Origin: Thermovirgaceae bacterium
GTDB taxonomy: Bacteria > Synergistota > Synergistia > Synergistales > Thermovirgaceae
DNA length: 64,000 bases
Assembly: GCA_040767805.1 (NCBI GenBank)
Contig: JAXGNU010000002.1
Location: 32,001 to 96,000, forward strand
Direction of reading: 5' to 3'
Part shown: one piece after another, positions 9,223-20,300 of the stretch
Numbering within the stretch: the first letter of the stretch is position 1
Layout of the letters: each line of letters opens with the position of its first letter
Notes under the pieces: model-generated
What the model saw: only the letters and a program-made list of their open reading frames with translations
Databases searched by the model: none
What the model was told of the DNA's origin: nothing
Position numbers and translations under genes: made by a program

Positions 9223-10634
9223 CAAGGCAACCCACCTCCCCCAAAGCTGCCGGAAGCGGCGCCCGGGGCGACCTTCGCTATCCTTTCAAAGAGCGCCCCC
9301 GAAACCGCTTCCAGCAAGGCGCCATCCCTGGCCTCAACGAGGACACGCACGAGCGGTTCCGTACCGGAGGGCCTGACCATTACCCTGCCCAGGTCCCCCA
9401 GGTCGAGGGAGGCTTTACTGATGGCCTTCCGAACTTCGGGGTGGTCGAGAAAGGCGTCCTTGTCACGGGCTTGAAAATTCTTTAGTACCTGGGGGTACCT
9501 TCCGAACCGATCGACCAGGGTGTCCGTATCCTCTCCCAGCCGGGCGCATGCCGAGAGGAAAAGAAGGCCGGAACCAAGGCCGTCGCCGGTGGGGAAGAAG
9601 TCGCCGGCGATGATATGGCCCGACTGCTCGCCGCCGAGGTTCGAACCCGACGACCTCATCGCGTCCAGCACGTACCTGTCTCCGACGGGGCAGCGTCTAA
9701 GCGTTATCCCTTCCTGGGAGAGCCTCTCCTCCAGGGCCTTGTTGCTCATTACCGTCGCAACGACACCGTTGCCGAGCTTCCCTTCTGAAAGGAGCCATCT
9801 CCCGAGGACCCAGAGAATGATGTCACCGTCGATGACCCTGCCCCTGGGGTCGACGAAAAGAACCCTGTCGGCATCGCCGTCAAGGGCCATACCCAGGGAA
9901 TAGCCCCCGGAAAGGACCCTGGAGGCTACATTTTCAATGTGGATCACTCCGCAGCCGTCATTGATATTGTACCTGTCAGGCCTGTCGGAGATGAAGACGG
10001 CCTTGTTGAAACACCTCCCGAAGACCAGGGCGGCCGCCTCTGAGGCGGCCCCGTGGGCGCAATCGACCACGATGGAGAGCCCCGGGTCCGCGCCAAGGCA
10101 ACAGGTCCTTACGAGGTTCTCCGCATACTCTCGGAGGATTTCCGGCTTGGGTGAGACGGAACCTATCGACGACCCGGTGGGCCTCCACTCATCGAAAACG
10201 ACATCGGCCAGGTAATCCTCGATCTCCGCCTCGTCATCGTCACCCAACTTTCCGCCATCCTTGCCCAGGAACTTTATTCCGTTGTATTCGAAGGGGTTGT
10301 GGGAGGCGCTCACCACGGCGCCGCCGTCACAGGATAGTCTCTTGACGGCGAAGCTCACGCCGGGGGTCGGGATCACCCCCAGGGAGGCCACCTCGGCCCC
10401 GGCCGAGAGCAAACCCGAGACCAGGGCCATTTCGATCATGGACCCGGAGCGCCTTGTGTCCCTACCGACGGCGATGGTCGGGCGGGATATCCCCCTCTCG
10501 ATGAGAAAAAGAGCGTAAGACCGGCCGAGCCGCAGCGCCATCTCGGGGGTCATGAGGCCCCGGTTGGCCACATCCCTGACACCATCGGTACCGAAGAGGC
10601 AGCGGCTTTTTCCCAAGGGACCCAGCATCGGCAC
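9222..10634 (-). CDS. glmM: Phosphoglucosamine mutase
   Basis: FGTDGVR, SASHNP, DGDADR, GGEQSGH, RPSGTEP. Confidence 0.97.
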   Translation of the reverse strand: MPMLGPLGKSRCLFGTDGVRDVANRGLMTPEMALRLGRSYALFLIERGISRPTIAVGRDTRRSGSMIEMALVSGLLSAGAEVASLGVIPTPGVSFAVKRLSCDGGAVVSASHNPFEYNGIKFLGKDGGKLGDDDEAEIEDYLADVVFDEWRPTGSSIGSVSPKPEILREYAENLVRTCCLGADPGLSIVVDCAHGAASEAAALVFGRCFNKAVFISDRPDRYNINDGCGVIHIENVASRVLSGGYSLGMALDGDADRVLFVDPRGRVIDGDIILWVLGRWLLSEGKLGNGVVATVMSNKALEERLSQEGITLRRCPVGDRYVLDAMRSSGSNLGGEQSGHIIAGDFFPTGDGLGSGLLFLSACARLGEDTDTLVDRFGRYPQVLKNFQARDKDAFLDHPEVRKAISKASLDLGDLGRVMVRPSGTEPLVRVLVEARDGALLEAVSGALFERIAKVAPGAASGSFGGGGLP

Positions 10635-10650
10635 ACTCCTTTCCTTGATC

Positions 10651-11862
10651 CTACTCCGTCAACGCGTAGACCGTTACGTTGGGTGGGTCGACCTCGGCCA
10701 AGGTAACCCCCCTGGCATGCAAAGTCACCTTCACGGGTACGGTGATCTTCAGGGAGACCAGGTTGGTCACGTCAACGAAGACGTCCAGGGGACTTCCTTC
10801 GACCTCGGCGGAATCCAACTGCGAAGGCGGGCCCTGAAGGATGACATTCACCTCGGAGGGTTCCACCCTCCAGCCAGGGTATATGCTCCTGCCGGTAAGC
10901 CGGACGGGTATCTTCGCGTAAAGCCTTCTCTCCGTCCTTGGGGCCAGAAGGATCCTCACCCGGACCGACGGCACATCCACGATCTGCGCGTCATCGGTGG
11001 GGTCCGGCGCGGTCACGACCTCGCTAATATCTGAAGCGAGCCCTGTGATGTCGATGGGGGCCAAGTTGACCTGGTCGATCCGTTCTATCGACTCAAAGGG
11101 GCCCTGGATCGTCAGTTCCGGCGGGTCCACCACCACCGCTTCCACCTGGAAGTCATGACCCGGTTCACCCTTCAGTTCAACCCTCACCGGGACGATCTTC
11201 CTGGGAAACTCCTTGATCAACTGCAAGGACACGTCAGCCACGGCCGGTTCAATCATGAAGGGCGACCTCTGGTCGCTGCCGGGATAGGGTATGACCGGCA
11301 GGGAGAGCTCCTTCTCCCGGAGAAGCTGTTCCACGGTGGGAGCCACCCAGACGTTGTCCAGGGAGGCCATCATCTGCTCCGGACCCTTGACGGAGACTTC
11401 CCGTGGCTCAACCCTCTCTTCCTCCAGGTGGTATTCGGGCGGCAGGTCCTCGGGAAGGAGGATCTTGACGGGCAGGGTCCTCGACACCAACCGGGTGAGG
11501 TCGAAATCCACGAAAGGCGGGGAAACCTCGACGAGCCTCAGCCCCGACGAAAGGATGGCCTGGACGGGTCGGCGGTACGACCCCGGCCCTAAACCTTTAA
11601 GGTCCACCTGGGAGGCGATCGTGTCCATCTTCAGAAGGGTATCCTCCCTCGTGCCCGATACCTGGATGTCCACGTCGCGGACCCCGCTGGTCACCGACAT
11701 GTCGGCCGGGACGTTGAGGAACTCCAGTGGCACCGTCACGGTCCTCACGACCTCGGTCCCCCGGTCCGAGGCCAGGTAAAACCAGACCAGGACCGCCACC
11801 AGCACCGACAACACCTTGAGGAAGAGCCGGGAGGTGAGGAGGCGGTCAATCGATCTCATCAT
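10651..11862 (-). CDS. cdaR: CdaR/YbbR-domain regulator of diadenylate cyclase
   Basis: One N-terminal TM followed by repeated beta-rich YbbR-like modules; located between cdaA and glmM. Confidence 0.9.
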   Translation of the reverse strand: MMRSIDRLLTSRLFLKVLSVLVAVLVWFYLASDRGTEVVRTVTVPLEFLNVPADMSVTSGVRDVDIQVSGTREDTLLKMDTIASQVDLKGLGPGSYRRPVQAILSSGLRLVEVSPPFVDFDLTRLVSRTLPVKILLPEDLPPEYHLEEERVEPREVSVKGPEQMMASLDNVWVAPTVEQLLREKELSLPVIPYPGSDQRSPFMIEPAVADVSLQLIKEFPRKIVPVRVELKGEPGHDFQVEAVVVDPPELTIQGPFESIERIDQVNLAPIDITGLASDISEVVTAPDPTDDAQIVDVPSVRVRILLAPRTERRLYAKIPVRLTGRSIYPGWRVEPSEVNVILQGPPSQLDSAEVEGSPLDVFVDVTNLVSLKITVPVKVTLHARGVTLAEVDPPNVTVYALTE

Positions 11863-12691
11863 TATCAGGTCCTCCCCGGGAAAATACCGACCCCAGTCTT
11901 TCCCTGATACCCTCAACGGCCGTCGCGGCGCCGGCGGCCCGGGTGTAGTAGTGCATGAGGAGCCTCCTGATCTGCCCTTCCTTCAATTCCCTCGAAAGAT
12001 GACCGTTGATGGCCAAAGCCACTTCCCCCCGCTCTTCCGACACGACAAGGGCCATGGCGTCGGAGACCTCCGAAACACCAAGGGCCGCCCGATGCCGGGT
12101 ACCGATCCACCTTGATAGGTTGCTGTTCTCCGTGAGGGGCAAGTAGCAGGCCGCTGCGATTATCTTCCGGTTGTCCAGTATCACCGCGCCGTCGTGGAGC
12201 GGGTTCCCGGGCCAGAATATCGATATGATCAGGTCCTGGGATACATCCCCCTCGATCTGGACGGCCGACCGCCAGATGTCCTTCAGACCGGTGTCTTTCT
12301 GAAAGACCAAAATGGCGCCCATCTTCCTGCTCTGGAGAAAAAGGATGGCCCTGGTGATCTCCTCGGTCAACTGGGATGCTCTCTCCTCGGCCTGGCGGCG
12401 TCTCCAGATGCTCCCCCGCCCGAGTTCCTCGAGCATCCTCCTGATCTCGGGCTGGAACACTATGGGAATAGCCAGGATGAAGACCCCCAGAAGCCTTCCG
12501 AGAATCCAGGTCAGAGCCGCCAGTTTCAGGAACCGGGCCGTGGCGTAAAAAAGGCCGATGACGAAAAGGCCCTTTACAAGCTGCATGGCTCGGGTGTCCA
12601 TGAGCAGGAGGAGCAGCCTGTAGACTATAAAGGCTATGACGATGATGTCAATAAAGTCTTGCCAACGGATGAACTCGAGTATTCCGGACAA
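11846..12691 (-). CDS. cdaA: Diadenylate cyclase CdaA
   Basis: Three TM helices, IVFQPEIRR, LHDGA and GTRHRAA catalytic motifs. Confidence 0.97.
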   Translation of the reverse strand: MSGILEFIRWQDFIDIIVIAFIVYRLLLLLMDTRAMQLVKGLFVIGLFYATARFLKLAALTWILGRLLGVFILAIPIVFQPEIRRMLEELGRGSIWRRRQAEERASQLTEEITRAILFLQSRKMGAILVFQKDTGLKDIWRSAVQIEGDVSQDLIISIFWPGNPLHDGAVILDNRKIIAAACYLPLTENSNLSRWIGTRHRAALGVSEVSDAMALVVSEERGEVALAINGHLSRELKEGQIRRLLMHYYTRAAGAATAVEGIRERLGSVFSRGGPDNDEID

Positions 12692-12709
12692 GGGATCACT
12701 CCCAAGGGG

Positions 12710-13789
12710 TTATTTCTTTATGATCTTCGTCCTGACATAGGGCGAGGTGGCGGCCGCCAGCATGGCGCCGTAATCGGCAGCGAAGGAAATGGTATCGCCC
12801 AGGTTGAGGGGGCCCTCGAAATCTTCCGCGTCGAGGGTCAAGTGATCACTGGAAGCCCCTATGATCTCAAACCCTCGACCGATGGGCGTCAGCCCCTCGG
12901 GCCTCACGTCCTGCCGTCCCATGGCGACGATGACCCGCCGCCTCGTACCCCTGTCCTGGAAAACCGGGATGTTCCCGAAAGCGTCGGCCCCCGTCTTCCC
13001 TATCGGCATCGAGGGCTTCCTCCTGACCTCCACTACCTCGGCGGTGATCCTTATGGCGTCCCTCTCAAGGTAGGGGATCACCCTGTTCCCCGTGACATCC
13101 GTCCCTAGCAGGATACCCTCCCCCACCCTCAGTTGGTTGACACCTTCGGGCATCGTGCCGTCCTCGACCAGGGACAGGGAGGATGTCGCGCCCCCGGAGA
13201 CCACTTCCAGGGGATGGCCGAGAAGGGTGGAGAGCTCCCCGCCGATCCTGACCAGGAGCGAGAGGTTCGTCGTCGATGGGAGCACCCCCGACAGGCATCC
13301 AAGGTTACTCCCGACCCCCAGGCAACGGGTCCTGCGGGATTGAAGAAGAGCGTCGGCCATCTCTTCCACGCCGTCCGGCCAGATCCCTTCGCGGAGGTCC
13401 CCCAGGTCGACCATGACGATGATGCCTACCTCACTCCCGGCCTCATCACAGGCCCGATCGAGCATCAGCACCGATGCCGGCATGGAGACAAGGCAGCAGT
13501 CGACATTTTCGGCCACATCGGTCATTTCGCCGGGCATGGGTATCCTCAGCAGCATCATGGGGTGCCGAAACCCGAAAAGGCGGAGTTTCCTGATATTGTC
13601 AACGCGGCTGTCGGCAAGCCCCACGCAACCGCCGTCCAGCATGGCCGATGCTACCGCCGGGTGGGCGCTCAAGCCCTTTGTGACCCCCCATACCGATATG
13701 CCCTTTCCCGAGCAGAGGCCGACCACCTTTTCAGCGTTCCTTGTGATCATGGCCGTGTCGACGCTCATCTCCGGGTATCTCGAAGTCAA
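12710..13789 (-). CDS. PLP-dependent alanine/ornithine racemase family protein (Orr-like)
   Basis: GVTK PLP lysine, LADSR, DLGDLREG, SGGATS, LRVGEG, GASSDH. Confidence 0.88.
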   Translation of the reverse strand: MTSRYPEMSVDTAMITRNAEKVVGLCSGKGISVWGVTKGLSAHPAVASAMLDGGCVGLADSRVDNIRKLRLFGFRHPMMLLRIPMPGEMTDVAENVDCCLVSMPASVLMLDRACDEAGSEVGIIVMVDLGDLREGIWPDGVEEMADALLQSRRTRCLGVGSNLGCLSGVLPSTTNLSLLVRIGGELSTLLGHPLEVVSGGATSSLSLVEDGTMPEGVNQLRVGEGILLGTDVTGNRVIPYLERDAIRITAEVVEVRRKPSMPIGKTGADAFGNIPVFQDRGTRRRVIVAMGRQDVRPEGLTPIGRGFEIIGASSDHLTLDAEDFEGPLNLGDTISFAADYGAMLAAATSPYVRTKIIKK

Positions 13790-13835
13790 CAGGATCGCCT
13801 CCCTTTTACGACGATCGTTCCGACTATATTCTCAC

Positions 13836-14678
13836 TCAACGGCCCCTCAGTTTTCTCAGGAGGGCCAGGTTACCGCTGTCTCCGGGAAGGCCCTTGGGGG
13901 TCTCCAGCAAACAGGGAGTGTCTTCCCACCGGGGGTCGGTGACGATGCGCGAGAAAAGTTCGAGCCCTATGAAGCCTTCCCCGAGATGTTGATGCCTGTC
14001 TATGTGGCTACCCATCTCGGCGGTGGAATCGTTCAAATGCCAGCACCCGACGTTTCCCAGGCCGATATGCTTCTCCACCGCCCGGACGAAGCGGTCATAG
14101 GAGGACCGGCCCCGCAGTTCGTACCCGCCGGCGAAAAGGTGGCACGTGTCGAGGCAGACCCCGACACGGGAAGGGTCCCCCACCCTTTCAAGTATCCATG
14201 CCAAGTCCTCTATTGTCGAGCCGACGGAATGGCCCTGGCCGGACATGGTCTCCAGTAGGACCCTCGTCCTCATCCCGGCGGTCCGCTCGAGGGAACGCGC
14301 CAGGCCCTCGGCCGCCCGTTCCCTCCCGTACTCCAGACCCCGCCCAAGGTGAGAACCGGGATGAAGGACCAGGTCCTCGATCCCCAGCGTCTCGCAGCGG
14401 GCGATCTCTTCGGCGAGGGCGGCGATGCTTTTTTCCCGCTTCTCCGTGCCTGAAGCCAGGTTCAGAAGGTAGGAGGCATGGGCCACTACCTTTTTTATTG
14501 AACTACGGCCCCAGGCGGCCATGAACCTTGACGCCACGGACTCCGATACGGGTGGGGCCAGCCATTGAAGCTGGTTCTTGGTGAATATCTGGATGGCCTC
14601 GCAGCCCAGGCTTTCCCCTTTTTCAATAGCCTTCCAGAGCCCCCCGGCGACGGAGACATGGGCGCCTATCAGGGACAT
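13836..14678 (-). CDS. nfo: Endonuclease IV
   Basis: IGAHVS, HASYLLNL, HPGS, LETMSG, CLDTCH, HLNDS, DRH, LET motifs. Confidence 0.95.
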   Translation of the reverse strand: MSLIGAHVSVAGGLWKAIEKGESLGCEAIQIFTKNQLQWLAPPVSESVASRFMAAWGRSSIKKVVAHASYLLNLASGTEKREKSIAALAEEIARCETLGIEDLVLHPGSHLGRGLEYGRERAAEGLARSLERTAGMRTRVLLETMSGQGHSVGSTIEDLAWILERVGDPSRVGVCLDTCHLFAGGYELRGRSSYDRFVRAVEKHIGLGNVGCWHLNDSTAEMGSHIDRHQHLGEGFIGLELFSRIVTDPRWEDTPCLLETPKGLPGDSGNLALLRKLRGR

Positions 14679-15295
14679 CGTGTCCCGCCCTTTGAGTCGC
14701 GAAGTGATCGTGTGAGGTCGAGGATGATCCGGGCCGAAGCACCCCACAGAATAACCCCGTCATCGAGCCGGTAAACAGGAAAGGGGAAGTCTTGCCCCTC
14801 ACCGGCGGAATTCTCTGTCCTCGGCGGTCGTTCCAGCTGCTTTAGGGGAACCTCCAGTACCCTCTTGACCTCGTTCCCGTCGGGTGACAAGTCTCCGGGG
14901 GCCACCCCCGAGGGCAGGTACCCCACCACCGGGAAGATCGTGAAGTCGCTGGAATAGACCCTGACCTCGGGAAGCGCGCCTACGACCTCCACCCTTTCCG
15001 CGGGGATCCCCGTCTCTTCGGTGAATTCCCTCAGGGCGGTCTCGACGGGGCCCCTGTCCGGTTTTTCCCGGGCCCCGCCGGGGAAAGCCACCTGTCCCGG
15101 GTGACGCTTCAGGGAATCGGACCGCTCCACCAAGAGCAGGAAGAGCTCCTCCTCCCTCGGGAAGAGAGGCACCAAGACGGCGCTCATCCTCCCTTGGCTT
15201 TCGGTTATATCCTCCCACCCGATGTCCAGCCGGGGGGAGAGTGTTTTAGAAAGGGCCCGTCGGAGCCATGAGGCCCCTCTCCGCTCAATCACCAT
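14669..15295 (-). CDS. Nudix hydrolase (CoA pyrophosphatase-like)
   Basis: HPGQVAFPGG followed by the Nudix box TALREFTEETG; ILWGASA. Confidence 0.9.
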   Translation of the reverse strand: MVIERRGASWLRRALSKTLSPRLDIGWEDITESQGRMSAVLVPLFPREEELFLLLVERSDSLKRHPGQVAFPGGAREKPDRGPVETALREFTEETGIPAERVEVVGALPEVRVYSSDFTIFPVVGYLPSGVAPGDLSPDGNEVKRVLEVPLKQLERPPRTENSAGEGQDFPFPVYRLDDGVILWGASARIILDLTRSLRDSKGGTRCP

Positions 15296-17054
15296 CGGAA
15301 TGGAGCCGGACCGCGCCTCCGAGCACTACACCGCGCCTCCCATCCACGGTCACCGTCATGCCGTCCTCCAGGACGGCCAGGGCCCCCGTGGCGGAGACGA
15401 TGCAGGGTATCCTGAGCTCGAGGCTGACGATGGCGGCATGGCTCGTGAGGCCGCCCTCTTCGCATATTATGGCCGAGGCCTTTCTCATGGCCGGTATGTA
15501 TTCCTTATCGGTCTGCCTTGTCACCAGTATCGCCCCGTCCTTCATCTTGGCATCGGCCTCGGAGCCTGTCAGGGCCTTCACAACCACCCCGGAGGCATCC
15601 TTCTTCAAGAGGGAGAGCCCCTTCAAGAGGGTCTTGGCCACGGTCAGGACCTGGATCGAGTTCGTGCTCCCCGGGCTGCCTATGGGGTACCCCGCGGTGG
15701 CCACCACCATGTCGCCCTCCTTCAGGAGCGACTCCTTACGGGCGGTCTCCATGGCCGACGTTAGCGCCGTCTCGAGGACCTTCTCCTCGGGGACATGGAG
15801 AGGCTCGACCCCCCAGACCAGGGTCAAGTACCTCAAGGTCTCCCGGTTGGGGGTCGCCCCGATAATGGGGGCCGCGGGCCTGTACTTGCTGACCATCTGG
15901 GCTGTCACGCCGCTTTGGGTGAGTGAAAGGACCGCCTGGGCCTTCATCTGGTCCGATATCATCCCCGCGGCCTTGCTGACAGCGTCGGGGATCCCCGGTA
16001 CGCCCGCCTGGCAGACGAAGGGCTTTCTCCACGGGGATCCCCCTTTTTCAGTGCTGCCGATGATCATGGCCATGGTCTTCACCGCCAACACCGGGTAAGC
16101 CCCGTTGGCCGTCTCACCCGAAAGCATCAGGGCATCGGCACCGTCTAGGACGGCGTTGGCGACATCGCTCGCCTCGGCCCTCGTGGCCCGCACGTTCCTT
16201 ATCATGGAATCCAGCATCTGGGTGGCCACAATGACGGGCTTGCCGTGAGAACGGCACCGGTCGATGATCGCCTTCTGCGTTAGGGGGACATCCTCGAGGG
16301 GGATCTCGACCCCCAGGTCGCCCCTGGCCACCATCATACCGTCCACCACTTCAATGATCTCCTCCAGGTTGTCCACCGCGTCGCGGGTCTCGATCTTGGC
16401 GATCACCCTGAGGTCGCCCCCGATCTCTTCCAAAACCCGGCGCGCGTCCATGACGTCCGAACGGTCGCGGACAAAGGAGAGCGCCAGGAAGTCCATGCCT
16501 TTACCTACGGCCCAGCGGATATCCTCTATGTCTTTGGGGGTGAGGATCGGCAGCGACATTTTAACGCCCGGGACGGAGAGGCCCTTCTTTTCACCCAGTT
16601 CACCGCCCACGTTCACGCGGCAGGCGATATCCTTTCCCTCGACCTTTTCCACGATGAGATGAAGGGTGCCGTCGTCGATAAAAAGATCCTGCCCAGGGCC
16701 GACCTCGCCGGGAAGGCCGGGGTAGCTTATGCCGACCCTGGAGGCGTCCCCCTTCTCAAGGGGTTCAGCGGTCAGTATTATCGTGCTCCCGCTTTTTATC
16801 ATCACCGGGCGGTGCCCCTCGAGGGTCCCGGTCCTGATCTCGGGTCCCTTGGTGTCTATCATGGTGCCGATGGGCCGCCCCAGTTCCTCCTCGATCCTCC
16901 TCACCCTGTCCAGGTGGAACCCGTGGGTTCCGCGGTCACCATGGCTAAAATTCAGGCGGGCCACGTCCATGCCCGCCTGAACCATTTTTTTCAGAACTTC
17001 ACGATCCTCGCAGGCCGGCCCGAGGGTGCAAACGATCTTAGCCCGTTTCCTCAT
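15285..17054 (-). CDS. pyk: Pyruvate kinase with C-terminal PEP-utilising swivel domain
   Basis: [33 protein letters not shown]-terminal [12 protein letters not shown]. Confidence 0.98.
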   Translation of the reverse strand: MRKRAKIVCTLGPACEDREVLKKMVQAGMDVARLNFSHGDRGTHGFHLDRVRRIEEELGRPIGTMIDTKGPEIRTGTLEGHRPVMIKSGSTIILTAEPLEKGDASRVGISYPGLPGEVGPGQDLFIDDGTLHLIVEKVEGKDIACRVNVGGELGEKKGLSVPGVKMSLPILTPKDIEDIRWAVGKGMDFLALSFVRDRSDVMDARRVLEEIGGDLRVIAKIETRDAVDNLEEIIEVVDGMMVARGDLGVEIPLEDVPLTQKAIIDRCRSHGKPVIVATQMLDSMIRNVRATRAEASDVANAVLDGADALMLSGETANGAYPVLAVKTMAMIIGSTEKGGSPWRKPFVCQAGVPGIPDAVSKAAGMISDQMKAQAVLSLTQSGVTAQMVSKYRPAAPIIGATPNRETLRYLTLVWGVEPLHVPEEKVLETALTSAMETARKESLLKEGDMVVATAGYPIGSPGSTNSIQVLTVAKTLLKGLSLLKKDASGVVVKALTGSEADAKMKDGAILVTRQTDKEYIPAMRKASAIICEEGGLTSHAAIVSLELRIPCIVSATGALAVLEDGMTVTVDGRRGVVLGGAVRLHSDGD

Positions 17055-17298
17055 TCTTCCTCCCGCTTTCGACGATTCCGTGGGCCGTGAGTATGTGGGC
17101 CCTGCCCCTTATTTTCATGGCCGAGGTGAACTCCGTGAACTGGGCGATCCACACCTCGCCGGCATCCAGCTTTTCTGAGTGCGCGAACTTCGTCTCCTGC
17201 CCCCTTGTCATGCCTATCACGGAGACCCCGTTTTCCAGGGCCTTTACCACGACGAAATCAGAAAGCACCGAAGGCTTATCTTCCTTCTCCACGGCCAT
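17038..17298 (-). CDS. mtrB: trp RNA-binding attenuation protein TRAP
   Basis: [47 protein letters not shown] closely follows the TRAP sequence. Confidence 0.93.
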   Translation of the reverse strand: MAVEKEDKPSVLSDFVVVKALENGVSVIGMTRGQETKFAHSEKLDAGEVWIAQFTEFTSAMKIRGRAHILTAHGIVESGRKNEETG

Positions 17299-17343
17299 GC
17301 TCCTCCCTCCCGGTGCCCCTCTCGAGGGGACGACCCCATTATT

Positions 17344-20300
17344 TTATACCACTTCGACGCTACCGCCCGATAACTCGGAGATCCGGGCGAAAAGATCCGC
17401 CGAGGGTTCGACAAAAACGTCCCTGACCTTCAGGAGGGCCTTAACCCCTTCCAGGGGCACCTCCAGCAGGACGCCGGCCTCACCGGGGTGCCCCTTGAGT
17501 TCCCTGTAGATATCCCTGAGCCTCCCCTTCGATGAGGCTCCGTCATCGAGGACCCTCAGGCGGAGCCACTTCCTGGCGAGACCATGCAGCTCATCGAGGG
17601 CCATGACTTTCTCGGCGATCAGCGACAGGCCGTCCCTGGTCCTGGGCGATCCCTTCACAACGACGGCCTTCCCCTTCTCCGGGGGCACGATCGACGACCA
17701 GGTCCTGGGGAAACAGATAACCTCTACCTTGCCGGAAGAATCCTCCAGCTCCAGGATGCCCATGCGGTCGCCTTTCCTGGTGAACTTCTCCTGGACCCCG
17801 GCCAGTATCCCGGCGACCACCGCGGTGCAGTCTTCGGACCTCCAGAAGGAAAGGTCGGTAATGGAGCAGGTGGTATAGGGCAGCACTTCTTTTTCGTACT
17901 TGTCAAAGGGATGCCCTGAAATATAAAGTCCCGTGGCTTCCTTTTCCATCTCCATCCTCGTGTGGAGGTCATAATCCTCCACTTCTAGGAGGACGGGGCC
18001 CTCCTCCTCGGACAGGTCCTCAAGCCCCAGCAACTGCTGGCTGTGGCAGTCGTCATTCCTCCTCTGGGCCAGTTCGAACATGCCCGGCAGGGATTCCATG
18101 AGTTGCCGCCTATTGGGGGTGATCGAGTCAAAAGCGCCGGCCCTGATCAGGTTCTCCATGACCGCCCTGCCGACGATCCTAGTGTCAACGCGGTTTATGA
18201 AATCCCAGAGGGAAAGGTAGGGCCCCGCCTCGCGCGCTCCGATTATCTGTTCCACCGTCGGCTGTCCCATCTTGGAGACGGCGCCCAGCCCGAAGAGGAT
18301 AACATCCCGGTCGACGCTGAAGTTGGCCTCCGACCGGTTGACATCGGGGGGGAGGACTTTTATTCCGGAATTCCTGACGGTCCTGATATGGTTCGCGAGC
18401 ACGTCCAGTTTCGAGTGGATATGGCTCGAAAGGAAGGACGCGTAGAACTCGCAGGGGTAATGGGCCTTAAGGTAGGCCGTCTGGTAGGTGATCATCGCGT
18501 AGGCCGCGCTGTGGGACTTGTTGAAGCCGTACCCGGCGAACTCCTGGATTATGTTGAAGATGTGCTCCGCGTCAGAGGCCTTGACGCCGTTACCCGCGCA
18601 TCCTTCCACGAACTGCTTCCGCTGGGTCTCCATGACGTCGGCCTGCTTTTTACCCATGGCCCTCCTGAGCAGGTCGGCCTCCCCGAGGGTGTAACCCGCA
18701 AGGGTCGCCGCGCACTGCATGACCTGCTCCTGGTACAGGAACATGCCGTGGGTCTCCCTGAGGATCTCCTTCAGGTTGTCATGAAGCCAGGATATCTCCC
18801 TCCGGCCGTGCTTGCAGTCGATGTACTGCTCGACCATACCGCTTCCCAGGGGGCCGGGACGATAGAGGGCGAGAGCGGCGATGAGGTCCTCGAAGCAGTC
18901 GGGGCGCACCTGCCTGAGCAGCTGCCTCATGCCCGATGATTCCAGTTGGAAAATGCCCAGGGTGTCGGCACGCCAGAGCAGGTCGAAGGCGGCCCTGTCG
19001 TCGGGTGGGATGGAATAAAGGTCCGGCGCCTCCTTACCGTTCCGCCGGATGTTCGAGAGAGCCTCCTCGATCATCGAAAGCGTCCGGAGTCCCAGGAAAT
19101 CCATCTTCACTAGGCCCAGGCTCTCCAGGGGTTCCATAGAGTACTGGGTCACGATCTGCTCTTCCCCTATCCTCCGGATGGGGACCACGTCCGTCAGCGG
19201 CTCCGGTGTTATCACGATGCCCGCTGCGTGTTGTGAGCAGTGCCGGGCCAACCCCTCGATCTTCGACGCGTAGTCCAACAGCAAGTTCACGGAAGGGTCC
19301 TCCTTCCTGGCCTGCTTCAGGTCGGGGGACTGCTGAAGGGCATCTTCGATGGAGGCGGCCCCCGAAGGCACCAACTTGGCGATCCTGTCAACATCGGGAT
19401 ACCTCATGTCCAGCGCTCTTCCCACGTCGCGTATGGCCGCCCTGCTCTTCATCCGGTCAAAGGTAATTATCTGCGCTACGTGGGAGCGCCCGTACTTTTC
19501 CACGATGATCTCGAGGACCCGATCCCTGCCCCGGTCGGATATATCGGTGTCGATGTCAGGCATGCTTATCCTTTCAGGATTGAGGAACCTCTCAAAGAGC
19601 AAGCCGTACCTTAGAGGATCGATCTCGGTGATCCTCAGGGAATAGGCGACCAGTGACCCGGCCGCGGAACCCCTGCCGGGACCCACGGGGATGCCTTCCT
19701 CCTTGGCGGTGTTGATTATGTCGGACACGATGAGGAAGTAACCGGCGAACCCCATCTGGTTTATGACCTGGAGTTCGTAGTCGAGCCTCTGGCTGTATCC
19801 AACGGGCACAACCTCACCACTGAAACGGGCCTGTAGCCCCTCGCGGGCCCTTATGCTGAGTTCCTCCTCGAGGCTGGACCCCTTCCGGACCTCGAACCTG
19901 GGCAACCGGTAAGAGCTGAAGGAAAAACCCACGTTGCAGCGCTCGGCGATAGTGACCGTGTTCTGGAGCGCCTGGGGGACATCGTTGCCGAAGAGGGACC
20001 ACATCTCCTCCGGGGAGCGGAGGTAGAAGTCGTCGGCGCCGAAGCGTAACCGGCTGGGGGCGTTCACCGTGGCGTTCGTCTGGACGCAGAGCAGAACGTC
20101 ATGCCAGGAGGCGTCCCCCGCCTCCAGGTAATGAGCGTCGTTGGTGGCAACCAGTGGGATGCCGGTCTGGGAGGACATCCTGATCAGCGCCCTGTTCGCG
20201 ACGGCTTGCTCAGGGATCCCGTTGTGCATTATCTCGAGGAAGAAGTTGCCCTCGCCGAAGATATCGCGGTAGAGCATGGCCCTCTGTAGCGCTTCCTCCT

